64,000 nt of DNA from Octopus sinensis (taxonomy: Eukaryota). The position numbers were made by a program, and so were the translations under genes. The notes beneath the pieces are model-generated. The model had not been told where the DNA came from. It did not search any database and saw only the letters and a program-made list of their open reading frames with translations. The stretch lies in the NCBI RefSeq assembly GCF_006345805.1, contig NC_043011.1, forward strand, positions 41,056,464 through 41,120,463. The letters are read 5' to 3'. Of this stretch, positions 26,520 through 40,557 are shown one piece after another; position 1 is the stretch's first letter, and the number at the start of each line of letters is the position of its first letter.

Positions 26520-26822
26520 TACAGTTACGACGACGAGGGTTCCAGTTGATCTGGTTAACGGAACAGCCTGCTCATGAAATCAACGCCCAAGTGGCTGAGC
26601 ACTCCACAGACCCATGTACCCTTAACGTAGTTCTCGGGGAAATTCAACATGAGGCAGAATGCGACAAGGCTGGCTCTTTGAGACACAGGTTTTTTCCATC
26701 TGAGTGGACTAGACCAACGTGAAATAAAGTGTCTTTCTCAAAGACACAACGCGCCGCACGGAATCGAACTCACCACCCTACAATCGTAAGCTGAATACTC
26801 TAACCACTAAGCCACACGCCTG
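26520..26822 (-). mobile_element. tRNA-derived SINE related to family C
   Basis: Minus strand GTGGCTTAGTGGTTAG A-box and GAGTTCGATTCC B-box; 3' body shared with 8263-8650. Confidence 0.75.
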
Positions 26823-26957
26823 CAGACATCTACAAATACAGGAACTAACGAAATCTTAGATGTTTGTATCTATCCAAACATGAGCCAAGGTTCATCCTTT
26901 AAACCTCGACTTGCTGATTCTCGTAAGAATCAAGGATACTTTTAAATGTTTGTATGG

Positions 26958-27260
26958 AGAAGTTCTTAAGCAGATCAGGCCGAAAATGTCGCTAGAAGCT
27001 AGGATCACCAAGCATAGATTGGCATATTTCGGTCATGTTATGCGGAGAAAATACCTAGAGAAGGACATCATGCTCGGAATGGTAAGTGGCAAGAGAGGAA
27101 GAGGTCGACCAAGAACCAGCTGGCTTGACACCATCAAGAGTGATACCGGAATGGACATAGCCAATCTGAAAGAAGCGGCCCAGGATAGAACTGACTGGAG
27201 GACACTGATCCAACGAGTAACCGAGAGTCGACTTCGACTGAGCGGATAGATAGATAGACC
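26958..27260 (+). mobile_element. RTE/BovB-like LINE 3' end
   Basis: SLEARITKHRLAYFGHVMRR..LEKDIMLG..GKRGRGRPRTSWLD..AAQDRTDWR..RVTESRLRL, then GATA tail. Confidence 0.9.
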
Positions 27261-27608
27261 GTGAGGTAAAAAGTCTACTTCTCAACCACTTGGTTCTAAG
27301 TTCAGTTTCTAAATAGAATACAGAGTTACTATATATTATGCCATCGGTAAGCCAAACTGATGATTTACATTATAGTTACTTCATTGGTACCGTAAGGAAT
27401 TCCTTTACGATTCTCTATATGTATTACACATATGGCTCCGCAACATCTCAGGATGTGAACGACGAGCTCTGAGTTCACGAAATTGTTAGTAATGGAAAGT
27501 TGGGTAAACCTGTTATTAAATATTGATATGCATGTATTTATAGAAAAATACAGGTGTAGGAACAACAAGTAAATGTATTAGTTTGACGCTCGAGAAGAAT
27601 GGAAAAGT

Positions 27609-27644
27609 CTTTTACGTTTCGAGCTTACACTCTTCAACAGAAAG
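27609..27644 (-). ncRNA. Degenerate hammerhead, same family as 3542-3576
   Basis: cttt-CTGTTGA-A-GAG..CTC-GAAACGTA-aaag; A6->U core change; downstream GAGCGTC..TAATAC context shared. Confidence 0.6.
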
Positions 27645-27677
27645 GAACACGCGAAAATAAATAGAGAATTATGTATA

Positions 27678-27719
<42 letters not shown>

Positions 27720-27738
27720 TAGATAGATAGATAGATAG

Positions 27739-27785
<47 letters not shown>

Positions 27786-28445
27786 GCTGTGCGTGTGTGT
27801 ACAAATATATAGCTACAAATGTTGAGATTGACTGATAGATAGGTACATAGATAGACAGACAGACAAGGATATATATATAATATATATATATGTATGTGTG
27901 TATACATAATGTGCATGTGTATGTGTGTGTAAGTGTGTGTGTATATATGTATATAAGCATTATGTATGTATGTATATATGAATACATATTATATATATAA
28001 TGTATGTATGTATGTATGTATGTATGTATGTATGTATGTATGTATGTATGTATGTATGTTCAGTCTATAAATATAGGTAAAATTTCCTTCTATTTGTATA
28101 GAATTTCAAGAGTTTTGAATATTATTTCCAAAAGCGTCCTTCTTCGGTGTTTGAGTAAAGTCGTTTTCCCTCTTCAGTTGCACAATGTCTTGGATTCTGT
28201 TTACCATTCACCCCCATCTCTCGCTCTCCCTTCCCTCTCCCTCTTCCACTTTCTCACAATATATATATATATATATATATGAGCAAATGCACAGGCGAAC
28301 ACACGAGTGTATTTATAAATATTTTCGTTTGTATTCAAACAGAAACATGTATTCTACATACATATGTCCCTTAGCATCCATGTGTGTGTGTATGTATGTA
28401 TGAATGTATGTATGTATGTATGTATGTATGTATGTATGTATGCAC

Positions 28446-28479
<34 letters not shown>

Positions 28480-28750
28480 GACTTATGTTCAAAATTAGAA
28501 GCATATGCTCTTATTTACATATGCCCGTGCATCTGATTATCCACGTACACTCGCATTAATACGCATGCGCTCATATATACATATATACATATATATATAT
28601 ATATTATATTATATATAATATATATTATATATATATAGTAGGAGTGCATATATATATACATATAGAGTGTATATATATATTATATATATATATATATACA
28701 TATACATACATATATACATACATATATATATATATATATAGATATATATT

Positions 28751-28819
<69 letters not shown>

Positions 28820-29269
28820 AGTGTATATGTGTGTATCTTTTGTTGTTTTTGCAGTTGCTTTTCATTATGCATTCTCCTCTTCTAATTCTGTTTCCTTCGC
28901 TCCCTTGTTCTTCTTTTTCTTCTTCATCTTCTTCTTCTTTTTCTTCTTCCACTTCTCCTCTTCGTCTTTCTAAAAATGCCCGTATGTTCAAGACTTCATT
29001 AATTAGTAAAACACAAAAACATATGAAGCAAAACTGTATTTCTGAGTTCACCGGCGAAAGCTGAAGATGGCGGTTCGGAGGAAGGCGAAACGTCGCACCG
29101 ATAGAAATATGCTCTCCCTTCCTCTCCTTCATTCTACTGCATCATCCTCGTCCTCCTCATTATCCCTCCTCCCCCGCCTCCTCCCCTCCCTCCCCCCTCC
29201 TCTTCTCTCTTCTTCTCTCTTCTTTCTCTTCTTCTTCTTCTTCTTCTTCTTCTTCTTCTTCTTCTTCTT

Positions 29270-29300
<31 letters not shown>

Positions 29301-29413
29301 TATGATAAAAAATTGATTATAACATTGTAAAAGTCTTTGAATTCTAATAAACAGAAAAGTTTCTTATCGCAGAATCAATATTCCCATGATGTTTTTATCA
29401 TCATCATCATTAC

Positions 29414-29467
<54 letters not shown>

Positions 29468-29476
29468 TACTATTAC

Positions 29477-29519
<43 letters not shown>

Positions 29520-29662
29520 ATTATCAACATCATCATTATTGTTATTATTATCATTACCATTACTATTATTATTATTATCATCATCATCATCATCATTGTT
29601 GTTGTTACTGTTGTTATCAATATTATCATTATCACTATCGTTATTATTATTATTACCATTAC

Positions 29663-29716
<54 letters not shown>

Positions 29717-30466
29717 CATTATCATCATTATCGTCATCATCATCGTCGATATTATTAGTAGTATTATTACGACTACTGCTATTACGCTTGTATTTTATTC
29801 ATTTTTCCCGTTTTGTTTTTGCATTTTTCAATTTTTGTCATTTTTTTTTTTTTTTCTTTTTTTTCTTTTGGTTCTAACCAAAAATTCAATTTAAGCATCT
29901 ATAGCTTTCTCGCCGAAGATCAAATTTATAAACTGCAATAATAATTGAGTTAGCAGCAGAAATTAAAGCAGCATTTTCGTAAAACTTATTTCATATCAAT
30001 TTTTCGTTGATATTCCACCGTATTTTTACATCTGTTTCCAAACATTGATGCCACTGACGAACAAGAATTTTCCTTATCTTTTCAATGTAACCAATTCACA
30101 GAAGGGCCATCTCTATTCCTTCCTTCCTGCCCACTTTCCCTTCTTTCTTTTCTTTTCTTTTCTTTCCTTCCTTCCTATCATCTTTCCTCATCCCAACCCC
30201 CAACACCTTACCGTCTACATCATTTTCTTCTTTGCTTTTTTGTTTTCATTATTTTAACATATTTTTTTCTTCTGTTTCTTCTTCATATTCCTCGTAACTC
30301 TTTTTCAACTTCTCTTCTTCTTCCTCCTCCTCATCTTCCTTCTTCTTCTTCTTCTTCTTCTTCTTCTTCTTCTTCTTCTTCTTCTTCTTCTTCTTCTTGT
30401 GTTTATATATTCTTATTTAGCTATCTTCCGACTTGTTATAATACCATCATCATCATCATCATCATT

Positions 30467-30501
<35 letters not shown>

Positions 30502-30867
30502 TGTCGTCGTTGTTGTCGTCATCATCATCATCATCATCATCAACAGCATCAACATCAGCATTGTTATTATCATCGTCGTCATCGTCATCATCATCGCCAT
30601 TTTATATTTTAAATACACTACTACAACCCCCACAACAACCCCATTCAGTGCCACATCCAGCGCCACATCCAATGCCACATTCAGCCCCAGCAGCCTCCCG
30701 ACCCAGACCAATGTCACCACCATCAACACTTTCTCCCCCAACAACTTCACCACCGCCAATACCAACCCAATATAACAAACACCCACACCACTAACAACAA
30801 CAACAACGGCGACTCTACCACCAACACTACAACCATCATCATTCTCACCATCACCACCGCTACCACC

Positions 30868-31095
30868 TATTTCTTTACTACCCACAAGGGGCTAAACACA
30901 GAGGGGACAAACAAGGACAGACAAACGTATTACGTCGATTACATCGACATCAGTGCGTAACTGGTACTTAATTTATCGACCCCGAAAGGATGAAAGGCGA
31001 AGTCAACCTCGGCGGAATTTGAACTCAGAACGTAACGGCAGATGAAATACCGCTAAGCATTTCGCCCGGCGTGCTAACGTTTCTGCCACCGTCGC
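30868..31095 (-). mobile_element. SINE family B
   Basis: Full head, central domain and tail on the minus strand. Confidence 0.85.
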
Positions 31096-31385
31096 AGCCA
31101 CCACCACCACTACCATCATCATCACCATCACCACCACCACGAAGATCATCATCACCATCACCAACACCACGAAGATGACTACCACGACCACCAACATAGC
31201 CAACACCACCACTACCACTATTATCATCACAAGTCTGCTGCTGCTATTACTACTACTGCTGCCACCACCTGAACCTCCACAACCATTTCCCAGGACAAAG
31301 GCAGTATATTTATATACACCTTGTATATGACCGTCAATGTGTTCGTGCGTAAGTGCACGTATGTTCGTATATGTATGTGTGAACA

Positions 31386-31427
<42 letters not shown>

Positions 31428-31589
31428 GATTAATACTTCTGCATTGGTCTCAATAAAGTATAGTAGGGCGGTGGTACCCAATAAATGTGGACCAAAGACC
31501 TCATTGTGCTCTATACCAATGATCCGATGACTCACTGCAAGTTCCATTTCAGGAATTCGCTAAACTTTTGTACTTAAGGTAATCTAAAT

Positions 31590-31895
31590 CAGAAGTTCTC
31601 AACCAGGGTCCCTTAAGGGTTCCGTTTATGACCCTTAAGGGCCGCTTTTATGTTCCTTAAGGATTCATAAAAGAGTTTGTTAAAATTTATGTAACACATT
31701 GGTTACATTTATACAATTCGCAAAACGTTTTAACATTTTCTTTCTTTTTTTTTTTTTGCACAGTTCTTAATAATATTTAATTATAAAAATATCGGATTGT
31801 TTTGAAACATCGATCAGCTAAGAGGATCCATCGGAGTGAAACAGGAATCAAAATCAAAAGGTTGTTAAATAAATAATAGGTGAGAAACACCAATC
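31590..31895. mobile_element. hAT-like MITE relic
   Basis: CAGAAGTTCTCAACC left end and GGTGAGAAACAC right end resemble Charlie-type TIRs. Confidence 0.35.
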
Positions 31896-32424
31896 TATAG
31901 TTTGAGTCAACCAAAACTACTGTCTCTTTACACAACACATAATTCCTTTCTTGACCCCATTAACTGCTAATTTTTTTTTTTTTTTCATATTTTTTGGCTT
32001 TGCCAGGTATCTTAGGAGTTAAAATAATATATAATATTTAAATTTTCTTAATCTGGGAATTATTTTGGAAATATAAATTTTTCGAAAAGTCCCAAATGGA
32101 GATTGCTGAAGAAAAGCATGTTTATCCTTTTCTATTCAATTGCAATAATAAACATTTTAGCCTTTTTGAAACTATAGTATCAAATGCGAATGTGTATGAA
32201 ATATCACTGAATGATATAAATGGCAAATGCAAAATAGAAAACAAAAAACGTTTTCAAAAAGTCAATATTTTTGTAGTTCAAAAATTGCGATTTATGACAT
32301 AAAATGTCTCCAGAATTAGCCAGAGTTAATAATGACAAACTTTCACTAATAAATATTGTTCAACACATCTCTGCAAATGCAATGTAAATAAGCAATACAC
32401 ACTTTAAATACAAGAAACAACCAG

Positions 32425-33067
32425 CAGGTGTTTATACCATTTGTCAGTGGTTTTGATTTTATAATGCCGACATATTGTCCAGTGTAAATACTGGCCGACT
32501 TTGTCATATCTTGCTTTATATTCTACAGGTGCTAAGACGCTACACCCTGAGATTAGGCGGTCTATAGTTTCAATCTCATCGTTACAGAATCGGCATTTTG
32601 GGTCAGCTCCATTTTTTATCACATTGTCTTGATAGTTCCGGGTTAATAAGCTTTGGTCTTGAGCAGCTAATTTGAAACCTTCACTCTCTGCTTTTAGCCC
32701 TGAGCTTCGTAGCCATTGATGCGTGTGTTTCTGGTCAACATCAGCTTGTTTGCTACGGACCACATACTTGCCATGCAGAGGAATCTGTTCCCATCTACTA
32801 GCTAATTTTTCATGCGCTTTTGTCTTTGCAATTAATTTTATTTTCTTTGCAGCAGCAGTTGGCGCATTTCCTTCAACCTGATCAACCTGGTAGGTATCTA
32901 AGAGATCAGAGGACGATTTTTTTGCTCTCTTTGAGAATAGAGTGAAGTTTTTTCGGTCTTTCATGTTTTTTCACAAAGTTTTTAAGCATCCAATCGTTGG
33001 TTGCTTCAGGTATTTGGCCAGTCCGATTGTGGTGGTTTTGTATGTAAGTTCAAGCTGGATCACGCCT
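32425..33067 (-). mobile_element. R4/Dong-like RLE LINE fragment (CCHC region), cut by the gap
   Basis: LHGKY..THQWL..SGLKAESEGF..AAQDQSLLTRNY..CRFC..ETID.LISGC..Y..RYDKVGQYLHW. Confidence 0.85.
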
Positions 33068-33167
33068 NNNNNNNNNNNNNNNNNNNNNNNNNNNNNNNNN
33101 NNNNNNNNNNNNNNNNNNNNNNNNNNNNNNNNNNNNNNNNNNNNNNNNNNNNNNNNNNNNNNNNNNN
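33068..33167. other. Assembly gap
   Basis: Run of 100 N. Confidence 0.99.
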
Positions 33168-33170
33168 ATC

Positions 33171-33223
<53 letters not shown>

Positions 33224-33269
33224 TATATATATTATTATATACACATATATATATACGACAATCAGCCGG

Positions 33270-33600
33270 TAGAATGTAATTGTTCCCAGAAGGTAATGAC
33301 TTGCTCCCTTGACACCCAGCATTGCTTCCGTTCTGAAAGAAACTGCCTTACAGAACTTCTTCATCATTATGACAAATCGTTGAAACAAATTATGAATCGC
33401 TCAAACATGGATGTGATAAATCTTGGTTTTGCAAACGCTTCTGGTAAGATTGATCACGGTATGATGTGTTACAAATTATGAAGACTCAGTATTGTCAGAT
33501 AACTGGGAGAGTGGTTCCATGACTTCTTAAAAGACAGGATCCATCCTCTGGCAGCCAATGGGACCCTCTTCAAGGATATAGTAATAGCGACTTTTCAAGG
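33270..33600 (+). mobile_element. Old fragment of the APE-RT LINE family (RT region)
   Basis: DTQHCFR..CLTELLHHYD..DVINLGFANA..KIDHGMMCYKL aligns to the 738-3340 RT. Confidence 0.75.
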
Positions 33601-33616
33601 AGACAGTAATAGCAAA

Positions 33617-33965
33617 GGCGGTGAGCTGGCAGAAACGTTAGCACACCAGGCGAAATGCTTAGTGGTATTTCGTCTGCCGTTACGTTCTGAGTTCAAATTC
33701 CGCCGAGGTCGACTTTGCCTTTCATCCTTTCGGGGTCGATAAATTAAGTACCAGTTACGCACTGTGGTCGATGTAATCGACTTAATCCGTTTGTCTGTCT
33801 TTGTTTGTCCCCCTCTGTGTTTAGCCCCTTGTGGGTAGTAAAGAAATAGGTATTTCGTCCGTCGCTACTTTCTGAGTTCAAGTTCTGTCAAGGTCGATAA
33901 ATTAAGTATCAGCTGTGCACTGGGATCGATCATATTGACTAGCCCCCCCCCCCCTATAGTAGAAA
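33617..33965 (+). mobile_element. SINE family B with partial tandem second unit
   Basis: Full unit, then restart at GGTATTTCGTC. Confidence 0.85.
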
Positions 33966-34090
33966 AGATTATTGTTGTTGTTGTTTTGTTGTTAATTGTG
34001 CCAAACCCCACTTTCCCTTGTGCTGTACTGTCCCTATTTGCTTTGTATTCGGTCCCTGTGGCCAATAAAGAAAACTTTATTATTATTATC

Positions 34091-34126
<36 letters not shown>

Positions 34127-34139
34127 TATTATCATTATT

Positions 34140-34290
34140 GTGTTTTTTCCTTCTTTCTTCAAATTTTCTTCCGTTTCTCGCCGGGTGTTTTCCATACACC
34201 TAGGGCAGAGAAGCTCATTGTATGCATTCCCAGATTACACACGCAAATTCACAGGTAAATTATGTATTTTAAAAAATTAATAAATAAATA
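34140..34290 (-). mobile_element. Probable R4/Dong 3' UTR in (TAA)n
   Basis: Same sequence recurs at 50062-50115; both copies are embedded in ATT tracts. Confidence 0.5.
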
Positions 34291-34394
34291 AATAAATTCA
34301 TGGATGGATGTTGTTTTCACAGCGATAATGCTCTTCTCAGTACATGAGCCGTTCCTGTTAACACGGTTTATTATTATTATCATTATCATTATTA

Positions 34395-34435
<41 letters not shown>

Positions 34436-34469
34436 TATTATAGATTATTATTATTATTATTATATCAGT

Positions 34470-34900
34470 AGTTTATTTATAGCGTGCTTTCACTTCACTA
34501 CCGAGCGCAGCTCTGTGTGCCTTGGGTATGTGCTGTGATTTGTTGTGATGCTCTGATGGTTATTGTATGGAAGGTGTTCTGCGTAGGATGGTGCAGTGCC
34601 TAGTAGTGCAATTTTCTGTATGTTATATGTGTTTGTAAGTCCTGGTGTTTTTGTTATGTATTTGTCTGAATATTTTTTTATCATGCCTAATGCACCTACT
34701 ATGATAGGAATTGTTTCTGTTTTCAGATTCCACATTCTAGTTACCTCTATTTCCAGGTCTTTGTATTTTGAGAGTTTTCTCCATTTTTTAGAGACACGTT
34801 GTCATCTGCCGGTATTGATACATCAATTAGAAAGCATTTTTTTTCTTCATGATCTCTGACAACTATATCTGGTGTGTTGGCCTTAATTTCTCTATCTGTT
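34470..34900 (-). mobile_element. R4/Dong-like LINE 3' end (restriction-like endonuclease)
   Basis: TDREIKANTPDIVV..FLIDVSIP..RMWNLKTETIPIIVGALG..IQKIALLGTA; flanked on both sides by (TAA)n. Confidence 0.85.
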
Positions 34901-35126
34901 ATTATTGTTATATTATTATTATTATTTATTATTATTATTTTATTATTATTATAATATTATTATTATTAGTATTATATTATTATTATTATTGTTATTGTTA
35001 TTATTATTATTATTATTATTATTAATATAATATTATTATTATTATTATTATATTATTATTAATATATGTATTATTATTATTATTATATATTATGTTATTA
35101 TTATTATTATTATTATTAAATTATTG

Positions 35127-35160
<34 letters not shown>

Positions 35161-35285
35161 TTATTATTATTATTATCATTATCATTATTATTATTATTAT
35201 CATTATTATTATTATTATCATTATTATTATTATTATATATTATTATTACTTATTATCATTATTATTATTATTATTCATTATATAT

Positions 35286-35325
<40 letters not shown>

Positions 35326-35740
35326 CATCATCATCATCATTGTCGTCGTCGTCGTTGCTGTTGTTGTCGTTGTCGTCGCCCTCATTATCGTTGTTATTCA
35401 TTCATTCAATCAGTTAAGTCCACAAAATCATATCAGGTTATGTAGCACTGATTCAAGTTCTTCGAACATTCCTCGATTTTTTTCGTTTCCCTGAAGATAC
35501 GTGCGAGCTTCGTGCATTTTCAGAGAGTATGTGTGTACATGCGTGTGTGTATGTATGTACGTACATGTGTGTGTGTAGGTATATATATATATATATATAT
35601 ATGATATATATATAATTCATATATATATATAATTTATATTTTATATATATATATATAATTCATAATATTAATTTATATTTTATATATGGTATATATATAT
35701 ATATATATAACTTCATATATATATATTTATATTTTATATA

Positions 35741-35780
<40 letters not shown>

Positions 35781-35854
35781 ATATATATGCATGTGTATGT
35801 TTATGCGTGTGTGGACGCCTATATACACATACATATGTGTGTATATGTATATAT

Positions 35855-35896
<42 letters not shown>

Positions 35897-35929
35897 CATA
35901 TGTGTGTGTATATATATATATATATAGAT

Positions 35930-35964
<35 letters not shown>

Positions 35965-36537
35965 ATAGGTGTGAGCGTGTGTGGGTGTCTGTGCATATAT
36001 AAGCATATGTAAATATGTATAGATATTTATTCAAGCTGAAAAAGAAAAGGATTATAATTTAATATGCTTAATCTTTCAAATGATCAGATTGTGACGTGGG
36101 ACTACAGATAAAACATTGCATACATATAACGTCAGTTAGGAAGCCGATGAGAGTGAAAGCCAGAGCAAACAGAGAAGCAGTTAGAGAGAAGTGGGTAGAG
36201 AGGAAGAAAAGGAGAGAGGGAGAGAATTTTTCGAAGGGAGAATCAGATAAGTCCACGTAAACTATGCGTGTTCGTATGCATGTATGCATAGAAGCAAAAG
36301 AGGATAGGATGTTGTACCCACGATTATAAGAACACGGTTTCGCTTCCTGGAAGGGACTATGCGTTGTACTCTTGAGTAAAAGACTTCATTTTTACGTTGC
36401 TGTAGACTACTGAGTTGTAAATAAGCAACCCTATGGGGTGTCCGCCACAATCGGTCGAAGACCGTAGCTGTTAATCGGAAGGCATGTATGTATGTATGTT
36501 TGTGCGTATGTATGTATGTACGTATGTATGTATGTAT

Positions 36538-36707
36538 AGGGCGTGGCTACGTGGCAAGAAGCTTGCTTCCCAAACACATGGATCTGGGTTCAGTCCCACT
36601 GCATGGCACCTTGGGCAAGTGTCTTCTACTAAAGCCTCGAGCCGACCAAAGCCTTGTCAGTGGATTTAGTAGACCGAAGCTGAAGGCCCGTCGTATACAT
36701 ACATACC

Positions 36708-36770
<63 letters not shown>

Positions 36771-36960
36771 AGCGGTATGTGTGTGCACGTGTCTGTATGT
36801 CTGTGTCCCTCACTACCGCTTGACAACCGGTGTTGGTATGTTTACGTCTCGTAACTTAGCAGTCCAGCAAGAGTCTGAATAAATACCAGGCTTTAAAAAC
36901 AGTAATGGGGTCGATTTGTTCGCCTAAAAATCCCTCCAAGCATGTAAAAGATAAAAGATA
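36538..36960 (+). mobile_element. SINE family A
   Basis: Head, microsatellite, tail. Confidence 0.85.
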
Positions 36961-37952
36961 TAAGGTTGTCAAGAAAGTTCTTGCGGAATTTTTAATTTTG
37001 GTTTTAGATGATATATTTTCAAATTAATTTTCGTGAAATTACTTTGACTTTATATATCATTTTAAAGCCCGTCTTTCGCTCTATCTAATCGTGTTACTCT
37101 TTTTCTTTTTAAATGATTAGACCATTTTTCCCGGAACGTTGAATACAACATGGACAGAAAGCAAATTCGCACAATTTTTCTTATTCCAGGTCATGCTAAG
37201 CCGAAAAGCTGCTGAAACAGCTCGCGATATAAACGATCCGTTTGGCCCAGGAACCACTAATGAACGTACAGCACAATAGTGGTTCAAGAAATTTCGTAGC
37301 GGTCACGAGAGTCTTGAAGATGATAAGCGTAGTAGTCGGCATCGGATGTTGACAACGATCAACTAAGAGCACAACTGTTTGAGAGCTTGCTTCTGAATTA
37401 GACGTAACGTAGACGACAATTTCCAACCATTTGAAAGAGATTGGAAAAACAAAAATACTTGAGAAATGAGTGCCGCTCGAATTGAATGACAACCCAAAAA
37501 AAAACGTTGTTTTGAAGTGTCGTCTTCCCTACTTTTATGCAACAAGGACGACCTGTTTCTCGACCGGATTGTGACTTGCGATGAAAAGTGGTTTCTTTTC
37601 GACAACCGGCGACGCTCAGCTCAGTAGTTGGACGCCGACGAAGCTCCACGGCACTTCCCGAAACCAAAGTTGCACCAAAAGAAAGTCATGGTGACTGGTT
37701 GGTGGTCTGTGACCGGTCTCATCCATCACAACTTTTTGAATCCAGGCGATACCATTACGGCGGAGAAGTACAGTAAGAAGATGGATGAAATGCATAAGAA
37801 ACTCCGACAACAACAGTCAGCATTGGTCAATAGAAAAGGACCAATTCTTCTCCACGACAACGCTCGGCTGCAAGTCGCACAACTGACCCTGCAGTAGTTG
37901 AACGAATTGAGCAACGAAACTCTGCCTCATCCGCCATACTCACAAGACCTCG
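36961..37952 (+). pseudogene. Mariner transposase pseudogene, 3'-truncated
   Basis: TA + AGGTTGTC TIR-like start; WFKKFRSG..LEDD; DRIVTCDEKW; KPKLHQKKVM; LLHDNAR; HPPYS.DL; stops and frameshifts. Confidence 0.92.
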
Positions 37953-38747
37953 GTAACCATGGGAGCTATGAAAAAATATGACATCACCCCCTTCCTTTCT
38001 CATTCATAAGCAGAAGAGTATTATTATAGTAGATTATCTCGGAGCTATGAAAAATACAAAGCCCAGCAACACCACCGGATCATTCTACACATCTTTATAA
38101 TTTTTTGTGCTATTCCACCCAGCCGTTTGACCATGAATCCCAAGTCAAGAAAGAATCGCCATGTCAAATTTATATGTATATGTGTGTATGCATATGTATA
38201 TGTATATATGTATATATGTATGTATATACACGCACACACACATACATATACATACATATATTTGCACAGGAACGAGGAGTAAACATTATGTCGATAAGCA
38301 TTCTTTTGTTAATTTTTTTTACTAAATTTTTTTATTAGTTTTATTCAATAAATTTATAACATATACATTGTTTTTTACCAAATAATCTTTTTAAATAATA
38401 TTAACTTACCTTTGACATAAATATGGCAATTTATACTCGTATAGATAGGGGTAAATCTTACACTAAATGATGAATTCCCGTAATGTTTATATAGATAGGT
38501 TGTAGGATTTGATGTGTTTATAATATAGTCGTTGAGTGTTTCTTTAGTGTTTAGCATTTTCTATATATATCGGTAATGTAATTTTAGTTGTTATTTTTTT
38601 TTCTAAATTTTTTAATTTTAGAAATATATTTGTAATTTATATATTTTTATTATATTTTTATTCATATTCTTATTTTTCTATTTAATATGACTTATAATAT
38701 GTATTTTTAACTGTGATCCATTAATAATAATAATAACAATAACATAA

Positions 38748-38820
38748 ATAGCCTGAGGACGCACAGGTGGATTTATGCATTAGGTATAATACCCTACCAG
38801 CGCAGACACACGTGTAGCGT
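38748..38820 (+). ncRNA. Hammerhead with long stem II, mutated core (GACA for GAAA)
   Basis: gc-CTGAGGA-C-GCAC.GGTGG...CTACCAGCGC-A-GACACACGTGTA-gc; same family as 56934-57017. Confidence 0.6.
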
Positions 38821-38906
38821 TGATTAAAAAATAAGAGTTGATGTTCTATGTAGTAAAATCATATATGCATGTATATTATATACATTATATATATGGTGTG
38901 TGCTTG

Positions 38907-38938
<32 letters not shown>

Positions 38939-38942
38939 CTTG

Positions 38943-38974
<32 letters not shown>

Positions 38975-39178
38975 GTGTGTGTGTACCTGATGGCTGACGT
39001 CGGTGTTACTCGTTGATGGTGGTGTAGGAGGAGGAGGTGGAGGAGATTACACACTAGATGTCTCCATATATAATCTCCATATATCCCATACACCATTCAT
39101 ATTTTAGTATTTATATCTACCTTAATTGCATCACATCCAGAACTGCTTACCTCCATTGCCTGTAATCTTTTCACTCAG

Positions 39179-39250
39179 GTACTAATAGACCCGACATCGT
39201 TTGGAAATCGGTGTTCATTCAAAGTCAGTGATCAGCTTCTGACGATACCG
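39179..39250 (+). other. Candidate 72-nt host exon
   Basis: cttttcactcag acceptor, CCG|gtatga donor, open frame VLIDPTSFGNRCSFKVSDQLLTIP; no recognised homology. Confidence 0.25.
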
Positions 39251-39415
39251 GTATGACTTTGAATCTCTATAATGATTCATAATAATGACTTTTGTACCTC
39301 ATAAGTCCACTTCAAATCACCTACTTGTATGTATATATCTTTACTTTTCTTTAAAAAAGCCTTTATTTTTTATATCTAATGTGAATTTTCTTAGTTTTAT
39401 TTTTACTTTTCCCCA

Positions 39416-39475
<60 letters not shown>

Positions 39476-39876
39476 ACTCTTTTACTCTTTTACTTGTTTC
39501 AGTCATTTGACTGCGGCCATGCTGGAGCACCGCCTTTAGTCGAGCAAATCGACCCCAAGACTTATTCTTTGTAAGTCCAGTACTTATTCTATCGGTCTCT
39601 TTTGCCGAACCGCTAAGTGACAGGGACGTAAACACACCAGCATCGGTTGTCAAGCAATGCTTGGGGGACAAACACAGACACACAAACACACATACATATA
39701 TATATATACACATATATACGACAGGCTTCTTTCAGTTTCCGTCTACCAAATCCGCTCACAAGGCATTGGTCGGCCCGGGGCTATAGCAGAAGACACTTGC
39801 CCAAGATGCCACGCAGTGGGACTGAACCCGGAACCATGTGGTTGGTTAGCAAGCTACTTACCACACAGCCACTCCT
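39476..39876 (-). mobile_element. SINE family A, full length, flanked by a long duplication
   Basis: Close to family consensus; flanks starting at 39338 and 39878 are near-identical. Confidence 0.9.
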
Positions 39877-39954
39877 CTCTTTACTTTTCTTTAAAAAGCC
39901 TTTATTTTTTATATCTAATGTGAATTTTCTTAGTTTTCTTTTTACTTTTCCCCA

Positions 39955-40018
<64 letters not shown>

Positions 40019-40501
40019 GTGTGTGTATGTATGTATGTATGTATGTATGTATGTATGTATGTGTATATGTATATAAAGGAAGATAAAGTAAATGGAGATT
40101 GGAAAGTTAATAATTATTTATTATTAACACCAAATTAATCATCATCACTGCTATAATGAATCCATAAACACATATACAACATCCAAGGGTACATCGTTTT
40201 CCTCAGCAGATATTACGCTCAGGTCATATAAATATAAATTTAATATTTACTGAGTATTAATTGAAACAGCTGTAAAGTGAAGACGATCAATTTGTTGTTA
40301 ATAATAAACAATTATTAACTTCCCAATCTCCATTTTCTCTTTGCTCTTTTAAATGAATATAGACTATATGTGTTTTTATATATACACCTATTACTTTAAG
40401 GAAATTAATCCCCCCCCAAAAAAAAAAATACTAGGTATTGAACCAGTATTTCCTTGGATGCAACCATCTCTTCATAAGGTCACCACAACCTCTAAGTTTA
40501 T

Positions 40502-40555
<54 letters not shown>

Positions 40556-40557
<2 letters not shown>

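Noticed and set aside
29055-29100. CTGAAGA...GAAACGTC hammerhead-like motif
   Set aside because: No consistent stem I and stem II can be drawn in a single register
40195-40280. GAAACAGCTGTA palindrome preceded by a hairpin
   Set aside because: No recognisable CUGAnGA at the required position
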